A stretch of 64,000 nt of DNA from a bacterium (lineage in GTDB: Bacteria > Patescibacteriota > CPR2 > UBA1875 > JAJYID01). The position numbers and the translations under genes were made by a program. The notes under the pieces are model-generated. The model saw only the letters and a list, made by a program, of their open reading frames with translations. It was not told where the DNA came from and searched no databases. The stretch is from the NCBI GenBank assembly GCA_021787535.1, contig JAJYLR010000001.1, positions 492,321-556,320 on the forward strand. The letters run 5' to 3'. Below are positions 27,757 through 37,662 of this stretch, piece after piece. Numbering within the stretch: position 1 is the stretch's first letter; every line of letters starts with the position of its first letter.

Positions 27757-29007
27757 CTATCTCCTCTCCCATTCTTTTCCTTGCCTGGGCAACCTTCGAA
27801 AGGCGCTTTCAGGACTTTTCATGACTATTTTAACTGCCTTTTCCATTCTTGACGCATTCTGGGAACCTTTAAAAAGCACTATATCTCCGCTTTGCAAAAT
27901 CTCCTTCACATACTTTCCCGCAATAGCTGAGCCATTAAAACTATAAACATTTTCTTCTGCTAAACCCGCGTCAATTGCAGACTTAGCTAAGTATTTTTTA
28001 CTTATATCTCCTACCGTTACTAGAATATCACATTTTCCAACTAAATATGAGCCGATTTTCTGATGGGCCTCTTTTGCTTGTCCGCCTAATTCGCCCATAG
28101 CGCCTAGAACAGCGATCTTTCTTTTGCCAGGAAATTTTTCTAAAACATCTAAAGCGTTTTTCATGGAAGCCGGACTTGCGTTATAAGAGTCGTCTAAAAT
28201 AACCGAGCCGCTTGCCCCTTCAATAATATTTATTCTACCTCTCACCGGCAGATATTTTCCCAATGCGGAAACTATAAGATTTGAGTCAATTTTCTCCGAG
28301 ACGCCAACAGCGATTGCTGCGGCAAACGAGTACAAAAGATGTTCCCCGACAGCATTTGATTTGATTTCCAAGACCTTATCATAAACTTTGAAACGGTTTA
28401 AAGAACTGTGACTGTCAAAACTTTGCCCTATAATTTTTATCTCATTTGATTTTCTTCCGAAGGTTATCTTTCGCACTCCTTGCGGAACGGCCATCTTAGC
28501 GGTAAATTCATTATCTGTGTTTATAATTGCAGCGCCGCCTTCTGCGAGCGCCGATAATATTTTTGCCTTCTCTTTTGCAACATTATTAACCGTGCCAAAC
28601 TTTTCCAGATGTACGCCGGAAACATTAGTGATAATGGCAATATCCGGTTTAACTAAGTTAGTCAAATATTTAATGTCGCCCGGCCTATCTGCACCCATTT
28701 CTAAGACTGCATAATCATAATTGCGCTTTTTAAGAGCTTCAAGCGGTAAAAGCAGCATTAAAATAAACCAGCCAAGTTTTGACCGGGGAATTTTTCTCTC
28801 CAAAAGTATAAGCGGCAAACCAAACTCGGTGTTGTAACCTTCCTCTACGAAAGAAAGAACCTTGTATTTTTCCTGTAATACTAAAGAAACGGCCTTCTTA
28901 GTTGAGGTCTTTCCTACACTGCCGGTAATCGCTATGATGCGATAATGATTTCTCGCAATCGCTGCCTTAGTAGCTGCGCCTAATATAGTTTTTGCAATTT
29001 TTTTCAT
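27757..29007 (-). CDS. murF: Mur ligase MurF lacking the usual N-terminal domain
   Basis: ITGSVGKTSTK, LEMGAD, DDSYNASP.SM, LGAMGELG, KGSQ. Confidence 0.9.
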   Translation of the reverse strand: MKKIAKTILGAATKAAIARNHYRIIAITGSVGKTSTKKAVSLVLQEKYKVLSFVEEGYNTEFGLPLILLERKIPRSKLGWFILMLLLPLEALKKRNYDYAVLEMGADRPGDIKYLTNLVKPDIAIITNVSGVHLEKFGTVNNVAKEKAKILSALAEGGAAIINTDNEFTAKMAVPQGVRKITFGRKSNEIKIIGQSFDSHSSLNRFKVYDKVLEIKSNAVGEHLLYSFAAAIAVGVSEKIDSNLIVSALGKYLPVRGRINIIEGASGSVILDDSYNASPASMKNALDVLEKFPGKRKIAVLGAMGELGGQAKEAHQKIGSYLVGKCDILVTVGDISKKYLAKSAIDAGLAEENVYSFNGSAIAGKYVKEILQSGDIVLFKGSQNASRMEKAVKIVMKSPESAFRRLPRQGKEWERR

Positions 29008-29010
29008 TTT

Positions 29011-30738
29011 CTACTTGCTCTCTGTCGGCGGAACCTGATAATAGTTGAGAAGCTTTTGCAGCATTTCCCCAACTGTTGGCGCAGCCGAAAGCTCTGCCCA
29101 ATCTACATTTTTGGGTTCGTCAATCTTTGCCATCACTACAAATCTCGGATTTTCAGCGGGTGCAAAGCCGATAAACGAACCAATTTCTCTATTAGCATAA
29201 TAACCTCCTTGAGGATCAGGTACTTGGGCCGTACCGGTCTTGCCGGCCACTTTGTATCCGGGTACTTTAGCTAAGTGACCCTCACCATGATCCACTGTAT
29301 CCACAAGCATTTGAGTGAGTTTTGCCGCTGCCTCTTCGGAAATAACTTGCTTGCCGGGTTTTTCATCACCGCCTCCAACATCTTGCCCATTGGCAACCTT
29401 GCCTTCTATAAGATAGGGCTCTATCATCTTACCATCATTTGCAATAGCTGAATATGCAGTAATCATTTGGAGAGGCGTCACAGCAATACTTTGTCCGAAA
29501 CTCATAGTTGCATAGGTATGATCATTTGAATCAGCCGGCTTGTTCAAGATACCGCCCGCTTCAGTACCCTGTGGCGCTTCGATACCCGTAGGCAAACCAA
29601 AGCCAAATTTTTTTAGATAATTATAAAATAAATCCTTGCCAAGCAACCTTTGGACATAAGTGGCGCCAGTATTCAAGGAATATTCCAAAACAAATGTCAT
29701 ATTAACATTCCCATATGCCTTTAAAAGGGCATTTTTGATAGTATATCCATCTAAAGTAATACTTCCAGTATCGGTAAAAGGAGTGTCTGGTTCTATTTTT
29801 CCTGTATCCAATCCCGCCGCCATGGTAATCGCTTTAAAGATTGATCCCGGCTCATAGACATTGCTAATGGCCGAGTTTTTAAACAGAGAATAATCTTTAA
29901 CATCATTATAGTTGTTTGGATCAAAAGAGGGATTATTTGCCATAGCCAAAATAGCGCCGTTTTTAGGATCCATGACAATAATTGATCCGGACTTCCCTCC
30001 ATACTTTTTAATCGCACTCGCAAGCGTTTCTTCGGCCATAGCTTGAACATCGCGATTAATTGTAAGGACAATATCTTGGCCATCTTTTGCCGGCACCGAG
30101 ACATCTCTGCCGGTAAGAATCTTATTTCCCAGAGAATCAGACTCTGCCTTATAAAGACCGGGCGTACCTTTCAGTTCATCATTAAAATATTGCTCAATAC
30201 CTCCAACACCGTTGTCATCTCCATTTACATATCCGAGAACCTGGCTGGCCAAGGTGTTCTCCGGGTAAACTCTCCATGGCTCTGGTTCCAAACCTATTGA
30301 TGGATCATTTAGATCTTTTATGCTTTGAGTTTCCTGATCACTGATTTTTCTTTTTATGGGAATATATCTTTTTGACTGAGAAGTGTTAAAAAGATTTAAG
30401 ATATCATCTTTTTTCATTTTTAAAATTTCAGCTAGATTTTCAGCTGTTTTATCTTGGTCTTTACTGTTTGCGAGATCCACAAAAACCTTATTCAGTGTTA
30501 TATTAGTTGCCAAAGGATATAGATTACCATCCATATCTTTAACATAGATATTGCCTCTTTTGGGCTGAATCTCGTACTCTGACCAATGCTGGCTATTAGC
30601 AGCTTGAGCATATGTCTGATGCTCTAGGACCTGTAGTTGGAATAGCCGAAATAAAATTGCCGCGCTCGCTAAAATAATGAAAAAGAACAAGTATTTTGTT
30701 CTTTTTCTTTGTAATTGTGTATCGGTATGACTAATCAT
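29011..30738 (-). CDS. ftsI: Class B penicillin-binding protein
   Basis: PKRGNI, EPGSIFK, SLN, AGKTGTAQ. Confidence 0.92.
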   Translation of the reverse strand: MISHTDTQLQRKRTKYLFFFIILASAAILFRLFQLQVLEHQTYAQAANSQHWSEYEIQPKRGNIYVKDMDGNLYPLATNITLNKVFVDLANSKDQDKTAENLAEILKMKKDDILNLFNTSQSKRYIPIKRKISDQETQSIKDLNDPSIGLEPEPWRVYPENTLASQVLGYVNGDDNGVGGIEQYFNDELKGTPGLYKAESDSLGNKILTGRDVSVPAKDGQDIVLTINRDVQAMAEETLASAIKKYGGKSGSIIVMDPKNGAILAMANNPSFDPNNYNDVKDYSLFKNSAISNVYEPGSIFKAITMAAGLDTGKIEPDTPFTDTGSITLDGYTIKNALLKAYGNVNMTFVLEYSLNTGATYVQRLLGKDLFYNYLKKFGFGLPTGIEAPQGTEAGGILNKPADSNDHTYATMSFGQSIAVTPLQMITAYSAIANDGKMIEPYLIEGKVANGQDVGGGDEKPGKQVISEEAAAKLTQMLVDTVDHGEGHLAKVPGYKVAGKTGTAQVPDPQGGYYANREIGSFIGFAPAENPRFVVMAKIDEPKNVDWAELSAAPTVGEMLQKLLNYYQVPPTESK

Positions 30739-30771
30739 TTACATAAGTCCCGAGGTATGCCGGTTACAATG

Positions 30772-31110
30772 CTAGCGATTGACGGCAACACCCGTCGCAG
30801 AATTTACATAATCTACTTGCTTTGTCGGCACCATATCCGTTTTTGGCACATCTTTTTGAATTGACTCGACAGACTGTAATCTTGCTGCTTCAACTTGCAA
30901 TATCTGGTTTTCATCGGTCAACTCCTTCTTTTTCTGTTCCAGCTTCGCAATTTGGTCATTTGTCATAGTCATTTGGTTTCTCTGGGAAAGGAGAAAAATA
31001 AAAAGAGGAAGAATAACAAATACTGCCGTAAAGACAATAGTCATTTTACCCATCTTGAATTGCCTTTTATAACTTTTATTAAATTTTTTCTTTTTCTTTC
31101 TGTCTCTCAT
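30772..31110 (-). CDS. ftsL: FtsL-like cell division protein
   Basis: Basic N-terminus, one TM, coiled coil; lies between rsmH and ftsI. Confidence 0.7.
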   Translation of the reverse strand: MRDRKKKKKFNKSYKRQFKMGKMTIVFTAVFVILPLFIFLLSQRNQMTMTNDQIAKLEQKKKELTDENQILQVEAARLQSVESIQKDVPKTDMVPTKQVDYVNSATGVAVNR

Positions 31111-31236
31111 TTTAATCTCCTTTGTTTTTTGTTTTTAATCACCCTCCTTTAAGGTGTTTGTTTGTAAAATCGTTGTAATTGATGTATCGCTTCGCTTAAG
31201 GAAATGGCCTGTTTTCTTCCTTATAAACTTATTAAC

Positions 31237-32181
31237 TTACAACTTTATCACTACTCTCAGTTTTGCGCTTCGAGCACGCGGATTTTCTAGTATTTCCTCT
31301 GAACTTGCAACAATCGGTTTTCTTGTTACAATTTTTAATCTTTTTTTGTGGTTGCATTTGCAAGTCGGAAACTCCGGCGGACAAATACATCCTTTTGCCT
31401 CTTGCTGAAAAAAGTCTTTCACTATACGATCTTCGAGTGAATGAAATGTAATCACTGCCAATCTACCTTTTGTAACCAGCAAATCCACCGCCTGAGGCAA
31501 AAACTTCTCCAAATGCCCTAACTCGTCATTAACCTCTATCCGAAGTGCCTGAAATACTTTTGTAGCGGGATGGATTTTACCGATTTTAATGCTCTTTGCA
31601 TGGTAGATATCTCTAACTAGTTCAGCAAGCTGTACAGTTTCTTTGAAAGGATTTTTCTTTCGTCTCTGAACAATTTTTGCAGCTATGGTTTTCGATAATC
31701 TCTCCTCGCCATATCGGCTCAATATATCGGCTAATTGCTGTTCGCTATATCTCGCCAAAATATCTGCTGCTGTTACTTCCCTGCTCTGATCCATTCTCAT
31801 GTCAAGCGGTCCGGTATTTTTAAATGAAAATCCTCTCTCCGGTTCATCAAGTTGAATAGAAGAAACACCGATATCGGCCAAAATCCCATTTGCCTTCATA
31901 AATCCTTTTTCCTGAGCAATTTTTCCAACCTCGGAAAAATTTGCCTTTTCTAAGGTTAGATTTGAATACCTAGCTTGTAAATTGGCCCCCGACCAATTTA
32001 AAGCCCCAATATCTTGATCTAATCCCAAGAGTTTCCCATAAGGTCCGATTTTCTTTAAGATAGCTTCTGTATGACCGCCAAACCCCACCGTTGCGTCAAT
32101 GTAGACTTGCCCGGGTTTCGGGTCAAGCAAGCGGATAACTTCTTGTAAAAGTACGCTCTTATGTATTTTTTTCTTTTCCAT
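31237..32181 (-). CDS. rsmH: 16S rRNA m4C1402 methyltransferase
   Basis: HKSVLL, DATVGFGGH, DIGVSS.QLD, FQALRIEVN, NPRARSAKLR. Confidence 0.97.
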   Translation of the reverse strand: MEKKKIHKSVLLQEVIRLLDPKPGQVYIDATVGFGGHTEAILKKIGPYGKLLGLDQDIGALNWSGANLQARYSNLTLEKANFSEVGKIAQEKGFMKANGILADIGVSSIQLDEPERGFSFKNTGPLDMRMDQSREVTAADILARYSEQQLADILSRYGEERLSKTIAAKIVQRRKKNPFKETVQLAELVRDIYHAKSIKIGKIHPATKVFQALRIEVNDELGHLEKFLPQAVDLLVTKGRLAVITFHSLEDRIVKDFFQQEAKGCICPPEFPTCKCNHKKRLKIVTRKPIVASSEEILENPRARSAKLRVVIKL

Positions 32182-32410
32182 AAGTACCCGGCAGCAACCA
32201 AATGTGTTAGAACTTTTTCAGTTCTTATTTTTATTTTTGTTTTTTAGAACAAAAAGCAGGATTTTATTGGGCTTAAATTTTTGAGAACAACCCGCCAGCG
32301 GGCGGATTAAATTTAAGAGATGGATGTTGTTTTATTAAAGCCTTAAACAGACTTCTTAGGTTCGTGATTACTACCGGATATCTACGGAAAATATTTAGTT
32401 TTCAATGTGC

Positions 32411-32842
32411 TTACATTCCAAAGGAATCAAGCTGTTCTGCAATCTGGCCGGAATCTTTTTCGATCCTCGACTGATACTCTTCCCATTCTTTTACATCCCA
32501 GATTTCAATTCTTGAATAAACTCCCACAACTACGGCATTAGTTTTGAGCCCGGCAAATTCTCTCAAGTTTTGCGGAATGTTTATTCTTCCCTGTCTGTCA
32601 AGATTACAATCATTTGCGCCTGCTAGAACCATTCGTGAGAATGCTCTGGCATTTCCTTTGGTATAAGGCATGTTGGCGATCTCAGATGCTATTTTCTCCC
32701 ATTCATCGCGCGTATAAATCACAAGCGCGTTTTCCAGACCTTTAGTGATCACTACTCCACTAGCAAGTTTCCCTCTAAACTTTGCCGGAAGAGCCAGTCT
32801 TCCTTTCTCATCTATTGAATGTTTGTATTCTCCGATAAACAT
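32411..32842 (-). CDS. mraZ: Transcriptional regulator MraZ
   Basis: MFIGEY..SIDEKGRL; LDRQGRI; RIEIW. Confidence 0.96.
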   Translation of the reverse strand: MFIGEYKHSIDEKGRLALPAKFRGKLASGVVITKGLENALVIYTRDEWEKIASEIANMPYTKGNARAFSRMVLAGANDCNLDRQGRINIPQNLREFAGLKTNAVVVGVYSRIEIWDVKEWEEYQSRIEKDSGQIAEQLDSFGM

Positions 32843-32850
32843 CTTTGTTC

Positions 32851-32895
32851 CCCACTTTTCACCACTTTCTCCCATTTTATACCACTTATGACCAC
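32851..32895 (-). promoter_or_regulatory. MraZ-binding direct repeats
   Basis: Five repeats at 10-bp period on -: GTGGT, GTGGT, ATGGG, GTGGT, GTGGG. Confidence 0.8.
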
Positions 32896-33096
32896 TGTGT
32901 AAAGACTTTTTTGCTTATGCCCCCACTTTCTGTATCCTTTTAAAAGCGGTTTCAATGCACTGACTTTTTTTGCTTATACAGAGGTAAATATTAGACTTTA
33001 TTAAGCAAATCAAAAAAGAACAGCTTTTAAAGCTGTTCTTTTGTATACTAGTTTTCCACAGGTATTATTGCATAGAATATTGAATTTTAAATAAAT

Positions 33097-33930
33097 TTAC
33101 ACTAAAACCTTAATCCCAGGTCCCATTGTTGTTGCTAAGGTAATAGACTGAATGTAAGTACCTTTGGCGCCAGATGGCTTGGCATGCTTTAATGCATCCA
33201 TGAATGTATTGTAATTTGTCTCCAGCTTCTTTTCATCAAAAGAAACCTTGCCTATTACTTGATGAACTATCGCATTTTTATCTAACTTGAACTCAACCCT
33301 GCCTGCTTTAAGCTCTTTGACGGCCTTTGTTACGTCAGGTGTAACCGTTCCCGCTTTCGGATTTGGCATCAAACCTTTGGTCCCGAGAATTTTACCCAGT
33401 TTACCAACTTTCGCCATCATATCCGGAGTGGCTACCAGCGTATCAAAGTCCAGTTTTCCTTTTTCAATTTCAGCTATAAGAGAGTCGCCGCCCACTTTAT
33501 CAGCTCCGGCTCCTTTTGCCTCTTTCTCTTTATTCGAATCACAAATTACTGCAACTCTCTTTGTCTTCCCGGTTCCCTCAGGAAGCACTACAGTTCCTCT
33601 GAGCTGCTGGTCTCCTTTTGAAGGGTCTAAACCTAATCTGACATGTATTTCAACCGAAGAATCAAACTTCGTCGTTGAAGTCTTCTGAATAAGACTCATG
33701 GCCTCTTCAACCGTGTAATATTTATCTATTTCTAAAAGCTCAGTAACTTTCCTATATTTTTTGGAATGCTTTCGCTCTTCTTTTGAAAGTTTATTTTTTT
33801 CTTCTTTGGCTTTAGCGGCTTTTGTAACCGGTTTCTCGGATTTTTTGGCAGTTACTTTCTTCCCTGTCTTAACTTTTACCTCTTTTAATTCTGGTGTTTC
33901 TTTAGTCTCGGTTTCTTTCTTCTTTGGCAT
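33097..33930 (-). CDS. rplA: 50S ribosomal protein L1 with Lys/Glu-rich N-terminal extension
   Basis: [24 protein letters not shown]; start placed at MPKKK. Confidence 0.95.
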   Translation of the reverse strand: MPKKKETETKETPELKEVKVKTGKKVTAKKSEKPVTKAAKAKEEKNKLSKEERKHSKKYRKVTELLEIDKYYTVEEAMSLIQKTSTTKFDSSVEIHVRLGLDPSKGDQQLRGTVVLPEGTGKTKRVAVICDSNKEKEAKGAGADKVGGDSLIAEIEKGKLDFDTLVATPDMMAKVGKLGKILGTKGLMPNPKAGTVTPDVTKAVKELKAGRVEFKLDKNAIVHQVIGKVSFDEKKLETNYNTFMDALKHAKPSGAKGTYIQSITLATTMGPGIKVLV

Positions 33931-34024
33931 TTTTTCTCCTTTACCCTTCCGTAGCTTTAGCGTAGGAGGGTCGTGGTCCAAACGGCTATCGCCTCCCACA
34001 TTAATTATAGTTCTCATTTTTAAG

Positions 34025-34067
34025 GGATTTCTCCGCTCGTCACTCCGTGAAGTCGGTCGGAATGACA
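34025..34067 (-). repeat. GTCATT-tailed REP-like element, intergenic sibling of the der insert
   Basis: Matches 10849-10891 at 36/43 positions. Confidence 0.85.
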
Positions 34068-34115
34068 AGCCTGAGATTATACTCAATACACAATACCGAA
34101 TACTCTATACTAACT

Positions 34116-34541
34116 TTATTTTTCTACCTCGACACCCATACTGCGGGCAGTGCCGGCAATGATCTTTTCTGCTTGCTCTATGGAGTTGGCATTTAAATCT
34201 TCCATTTTCGCTTCCGCAACACGGCGCACTTGTTCTTGAGTCATCTTCCCCACCTTCTCTTTCTTCGATGAACCAGAACCCTTTTTTAAATTGATTTCCT
34301 TTTTTATAAGCTCTGCTGCCGGCGGCTGTTTGGTTATAAAGTCAAACGTCCTATCTTCATAAACTGTTATCACAACAGGAAGCTTAGTGCCTGTCATTTC
34401 CCGAGTCTTTTCGTTAAAGGCGGTACAGAAATCCATAATATTTAAACCATGCTGGCCCAGTGCCGGACCAACCGGAGGCGCAGGATTTGCCTGACCTGCT
34501 ATAACTTGTAGTTTGATTTTTGTCTTAATTTTCTTTGCCAT
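34116..34541 (-). CDS. rplK: 50S ribosomal protein L11
   Basis: [15 protein letters not shown]; GTARSMG. Confidence 0.98.
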   Translation of the reverse strand: MAKKIKTKIKLQVIAGQANPAPPVGPALGQHGLNIMDFCTAFNEKTREMTGTKLPVVITVYEDRTFDFITKQPPAAELIKKEINLKKGSGSSKKEKVGKMTQEQVRRVAEAKMEDLNANSIEQAEKIIAGTARSMGVEVEK

Positions 34542-34586
34542 TTCTTTTTCCTTATTACCTTACCAACTAATCTCTTATTAACTAAC

Positions 34587-35129
34587 CTATACTTTTTTAA
34601 CCTGCAACGAGTCGAGTTCAACCGGTGTTTCTCTGCCGAACATACTAACGAGAACTTTAATCTTGCCTTTTTCCTCATCCACCGAGTCAACTGTGGCATC
34701 AGAACCTTTAAACGGTCCGTCTGTCACATTAACAAGATCGCCTTTTCGAAGATCAATCTTGTATTTCGGTTCCTCGACACCCATTCTTTTCTGAATATTT
34801 TTAATCTCTTTCTCTGAAAGAGGGATCGGCGTAGTACCTGAACCGATAAAACCGGTCACTTGGGGAGTATTTCTGACAATATACCAGGAGTGATCAGTCA
34901 CAATCATTTCAACCAGAACATAACCCTGGAAGATTTTCTTTTCTACAACACGTCTTTTACCATTTCTAATCTCAATGGTTTTCTCTTTCGGGACAATTAC
35001 ATCAAAGATGAGATCCTGCATGCCTAAGCTTTCTGTCCTTTGGCGCAAGTTCTCCGCTACTTTCTCCTCATAACCTGAGTAAGTGTGAAGCGCATACCAG
35101 TTTTTACCTTCAGAATGTTGTTTTGCCAT
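34587..35129 (-). CDS. nusG: Transcription factor NusG
   Basis: WYALHTYSGYE; KOW motif; MFGRETPVEL. Confidence 0.98.
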   Translation of the reverse strand: MAKQHSEGKNWYALHTYSGYEEKVAENLRQRTESLGMQDLIFDVIVPKEKTIEIRNGKRRVVEKKIFQGYVLVEMIVTDHSWYIVRNTPQVTGFIGSGTTPIPLSEKEIKNIQKRMGVEEPKYKIDLRKGDLVNVTDGPFKGSDATVDSVDEEKGKIKVLVSMFGRETPVELDSLQVKKV

Positions 35130-35174
35130 ATAATATTGCTCCTTTGTCCTTCCGTAACCCCTGGCGCAGGAGGA

Positions 35175-35366
35175 TTACTTTAGTATAAACGATAAACCTT
35201 TTAATAAGACGAAATCGACAGCACCCAGAAATATTGCAACGGCTCCTGAAATGATGATAACGGCAATAGTCATATTCAAAGTAGTTCTTCTATCCGGCCA
35301 TACAACCTTCAGAAGTTCGTTTTTCGATTCTATGAAGTATTTTAAACTTTGCTTTACCTTTTTCAT
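35175..35366 (-). CDS. secE: Preprotein translocase SecE
   Basis: ELLKVVWP, one TM; start at MKKVKQ (upstream extension is repeat-derived). Confidence 0.9.
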   Translation of the reverse strand: MKKVKQSLKYFIESKNELLKVVWPDRRTTLNMTIAVIIISGAVAIFLGAVDFVLLKGLSFILK

Positions 35367-35539
35367 TATTTCCAACTGCCTCTTTAGAACATGGACTTTG
35401 TTATCCTTGTCGGAATTGTTGAATCGCTTCGCTTGCGGGAATTGTTTGTTGCTCATCCCCTCATTTCCTACAATTCCATCATTTCCAACATATTTCAGTA
35501 TTTTAAAAAAGCCTCTCGGCTTCTATGCTTAATATGGTA

Positions 35540-35872
35540 CTAAATTTCACTGGATTTGTCAAATGTTTTATGGGATGGGCTCGGGCGCTTTTGCGCCCGA
35601 GTTTTTGCACCTAGACTATTTTGCTTTTTTAATTCTTCTATCGAGAAGATATTATATGACCAGAAACAGCCCTGCACGAAACCTAACCATCGATGAGCTT
35701 TGTCTGTTTTACATATGTTTTGATATTCTCTTATCTTTTGGCACATCCAAAGCACATGACATATCCTCGCTTGATCAGTTCCAGCCAGGTTATTTTCTTC
35801 CAGAGAAAAACCTTTCGTCTCTAAAATCCTCTCATAATCTTGAATAATTTTTAGAAACTTCCTTTCATCCAT
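35540..35872 (-). CDS. Hypothetical protein
   Basis: Open frame with HVLWM..KAHRWLGFVQG segment; begins 2 nt after the upstream ORF. Confidence 0.65.
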   Translation of the reverse strand: MDERKFLKIIQDYERILETKGFSLEENNLAGTDQARICHVLWMCQKIREYQNICKTDKAHRWLGFVQGCFWSYNIFSIEELKKQNSLGAKTRAQKRPSPSHKTFDKSSEI

Positions 35873-35874
35873 GC

Positions 35875-36072
35875 CTATCCCGCATCATAATAGCGAATAA
35901 ACTGTCCGCACTTACAGTAAATGTCGCCATCGTTAAAGAAAATATTGTAGTTTTTCACCTCCCAATCCTCTACTCCGGAGCCACACTTGGGACATTTGTC
36001 AATCTGCGAAGTGTTTATACCATGCATCATTCCGCTCACAAAAGTAGTTTTAGTTTCCTTTTCTTTAGCCAT
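35875..36072 (-). CDS. Small zinc-ribbon-like hypothetical protein
   Basis: CPKC ... CKCG; purine-rich SD. Confidence 0.6.
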   Translation of the reverse strand: MAKEKETKTTFVSGMMHGINTSQIDKCPKCGSGVEDWEVKNYNIFFNDGDIYCKCGQFIRYYDAG

Positions 36073-36198
36073 CTTCTTCCCCTTTCCTTTGTTTAGGTGC
36101 AAAATCATTTTCTTACCTATAACACCAAAGCAAAAGCAAGGAGTTCTGACTCAAAAATATTTGAGTAAATAACAGTATGCTTGGGGTATAATGGAGAT

Positions 36199-36837
36199 AT
36201 GAATTGGATTCAGAAGGAAATTTTTAGAAAACTAGTTCTAAGTGATGAGCTTCGTTATACAGAACTAAAACCCGAAAGTGTCGAAGGCAATCTCTTCACT
36301 TATCATTTAAATCAATTAGTCTATGACGGCTATGTCACGAAAATAGATAAAAAATATACTTTATCGGAAACTGGGAAGTCTTACGTCAGTTCCATGAGTT
36401 TGGCAACCGGAGCTAAAAGAAAACAGCCTAAAATAGTTGTCATGATTGCCGGAAAAAATGAAAATGGCGAGTTTTTGCTTTTCAAATGGAAAAGGCAACC
36501 GTATAGAGAGCTAGTCAGTTTTCCATTTGGGAAAGTCCAGTATGGCAAACCAGTTCTCGATCTAACCAAAAAAGAACTCGACTGGAAAACAGGACTTAAA
36601 GGCGATTTAAGATACCAGGGAGATATTTATGTACAAACAACAAATGAACATTATCTCGCCCATATTTTTAAATTAAGCGCATTGAGCGGAAAAATTGGAT
36701 CAAATGGCATCCTAGGAAAACCTTTTTGGGGCAAAGTTGAAGAATTAAACGAAAATGAACTGATTCCCGGTTTCAAAGCAATCGTGGAGATCCTGGAAAC
36801 CAAAAAACCTCCATATTTGGAAGAAGTTATAACCTAG
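36199..36837 (+). CDS. Winged-HTH plus degenerate NUDIX-like protein
   Basis: LRYTELKP..NLFTYHLNQL; RQPY..FPFGKV..G..KELDWKTGL; ATG 6 nt after TATAAT. Confidence 0.7.
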   Translation: MNWIQKEIFRKLVLSDELRYTELKPESVEGNLFTYHLNQLVYDGYVTKIDKKYTLSETGKSYVSSMSLATGAKRKQPKIVVMIAGKNENGEFLLFKWKRQPYRELVSFPFGKVQYGKPVLDLTKKELDWKTGLKGDLRYQGDIYVQTTNEHYLAHIFKLSALSGKIGSNGILGKPFWGKVEELNENELIPGFKAIVEILETKKPPYLEEVIT

Positions 36838-36857
36838 ATTCTATAAATAATTAACTC

Positions 36858-37382
36858 TTATGTTTTTATTCCCTCTAAAGGTAACTGAAGTAAAGCTTTT
36901 CTTAAATTTAAAAACGGCAAGATTTCCTTTTTCCCCTCATAAATCTCAGCTTTTATTACACAACCATTCTGATCATAAATATTAGAAATTACCTTCTCTT
37001 TATCAAAGATCATTGTGTCGCCTGCTGGCAGTTGAATATCTCCGATTTTTTTGCAATCAATAAGATATATATTTTCACCAACCAAAGGGATATTTATATT
37101 TTTATAACACTCTATCTCCCACTTGATATAATCGCTTAGAGGATAATCTACCACATGAATCCTGATTTTCTTTACGTTCTCCTTACCCTCGGCCCATGGT
37201 TTGGCATTTTCTTTCATTATTCTGAGCGATTTTTCCCGATCACCAGCCAGCCAGCTGTCAAGCGACGGCCCGTTATCTTCGCCGTAAAACTGCAGAACTT
37301 CAACTTTAAAAAACTCTTCCTGCATTTCATTCCAAAAAGAGTTAAAAGTCTGGTCAAGATCTTTTTCATCGATGATTTTCAT
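36858..37382 (-). CDS. DUF6879-like protein
   Basis: FKVEVLQFY, RIHVVDYPLSDYIKWE, N...GENI, D..IFD. Confidence 0.65.
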   Translation of the reverse strand: MKIIDEKDLDQTFNSFWNEMQEEFFKVEVLQFYGEDNGPSLDSWLAGDREKSLRIMKENAKPWAEGKENVKKIRIHVVDYPLSDYIKWEIECYKNINIPLVGENIYLIDCKKIGDIQLPAGDTMIFDKEKVISNIYDQNGCVIKAEIYEGKKEILPFLNLRKALLQLPLEGIKT

Positions 37383-37390
37383 AAAAAATT

Positions 37391-37569
37391 TGGCAGGGGT
37401 GGCAGGCTTCGAAGCGGCTCAGCCGCCAGTTTGCAAATACCTTATACTTAATACATTTAGCTTATTTTAGCATAAAATCAATCAATTTTCGATTTTGGCG
37501 TCTTCATAACAGTTTCTCAGCTACCACCCTACAAAACAAGAACCCCATCAAAAGATGGGAACCTTGTCT
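37391..37569 (-). repeat. tRNA-linked unit ending in a 23-bp duplicate of the tRNA-Trp 3' end
   Basis: 37391-37413 is identical to 37570-37592; motifs shared with 571-742. Confidence 0.85.
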
Positions 37570-37645
37570 TGGCAGGGGTGGCAGGCTTCGAACCCGCGAC
37601 CTTCGGTTTTGGAGACCGACGCTCTACCAACTGAGCTACACCCCT
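37570..37645 (-). tRNA. tRNA-Trp (CCA)
   Basis: AGGGGTGTAGCTCAGTTGGTAGAGC..TCGGTCT-CCA-AAACCGA..GGTTCGAAGCCTGCCACCCCTGCCA. Confidence 0.97.
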
Positions 37646-37662
37646 AAAAAGTCCTTTTGGGA

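Noticed and set aside
33052-33060. DnaA-box-like TTTTCCACA (also 162-170) as a replication origin
   Set aside because: Isolated single-mismatch boxes, no cluster and no dnaA gene nearby.
37570-37645. Alternative genetic code (UGA reassigned, as in Gracilibacteria/Absconditabacteria)
   Set aside because: TGA ends genes at expected positions (scpA, rpsE), and no conserved gene needs read-through.
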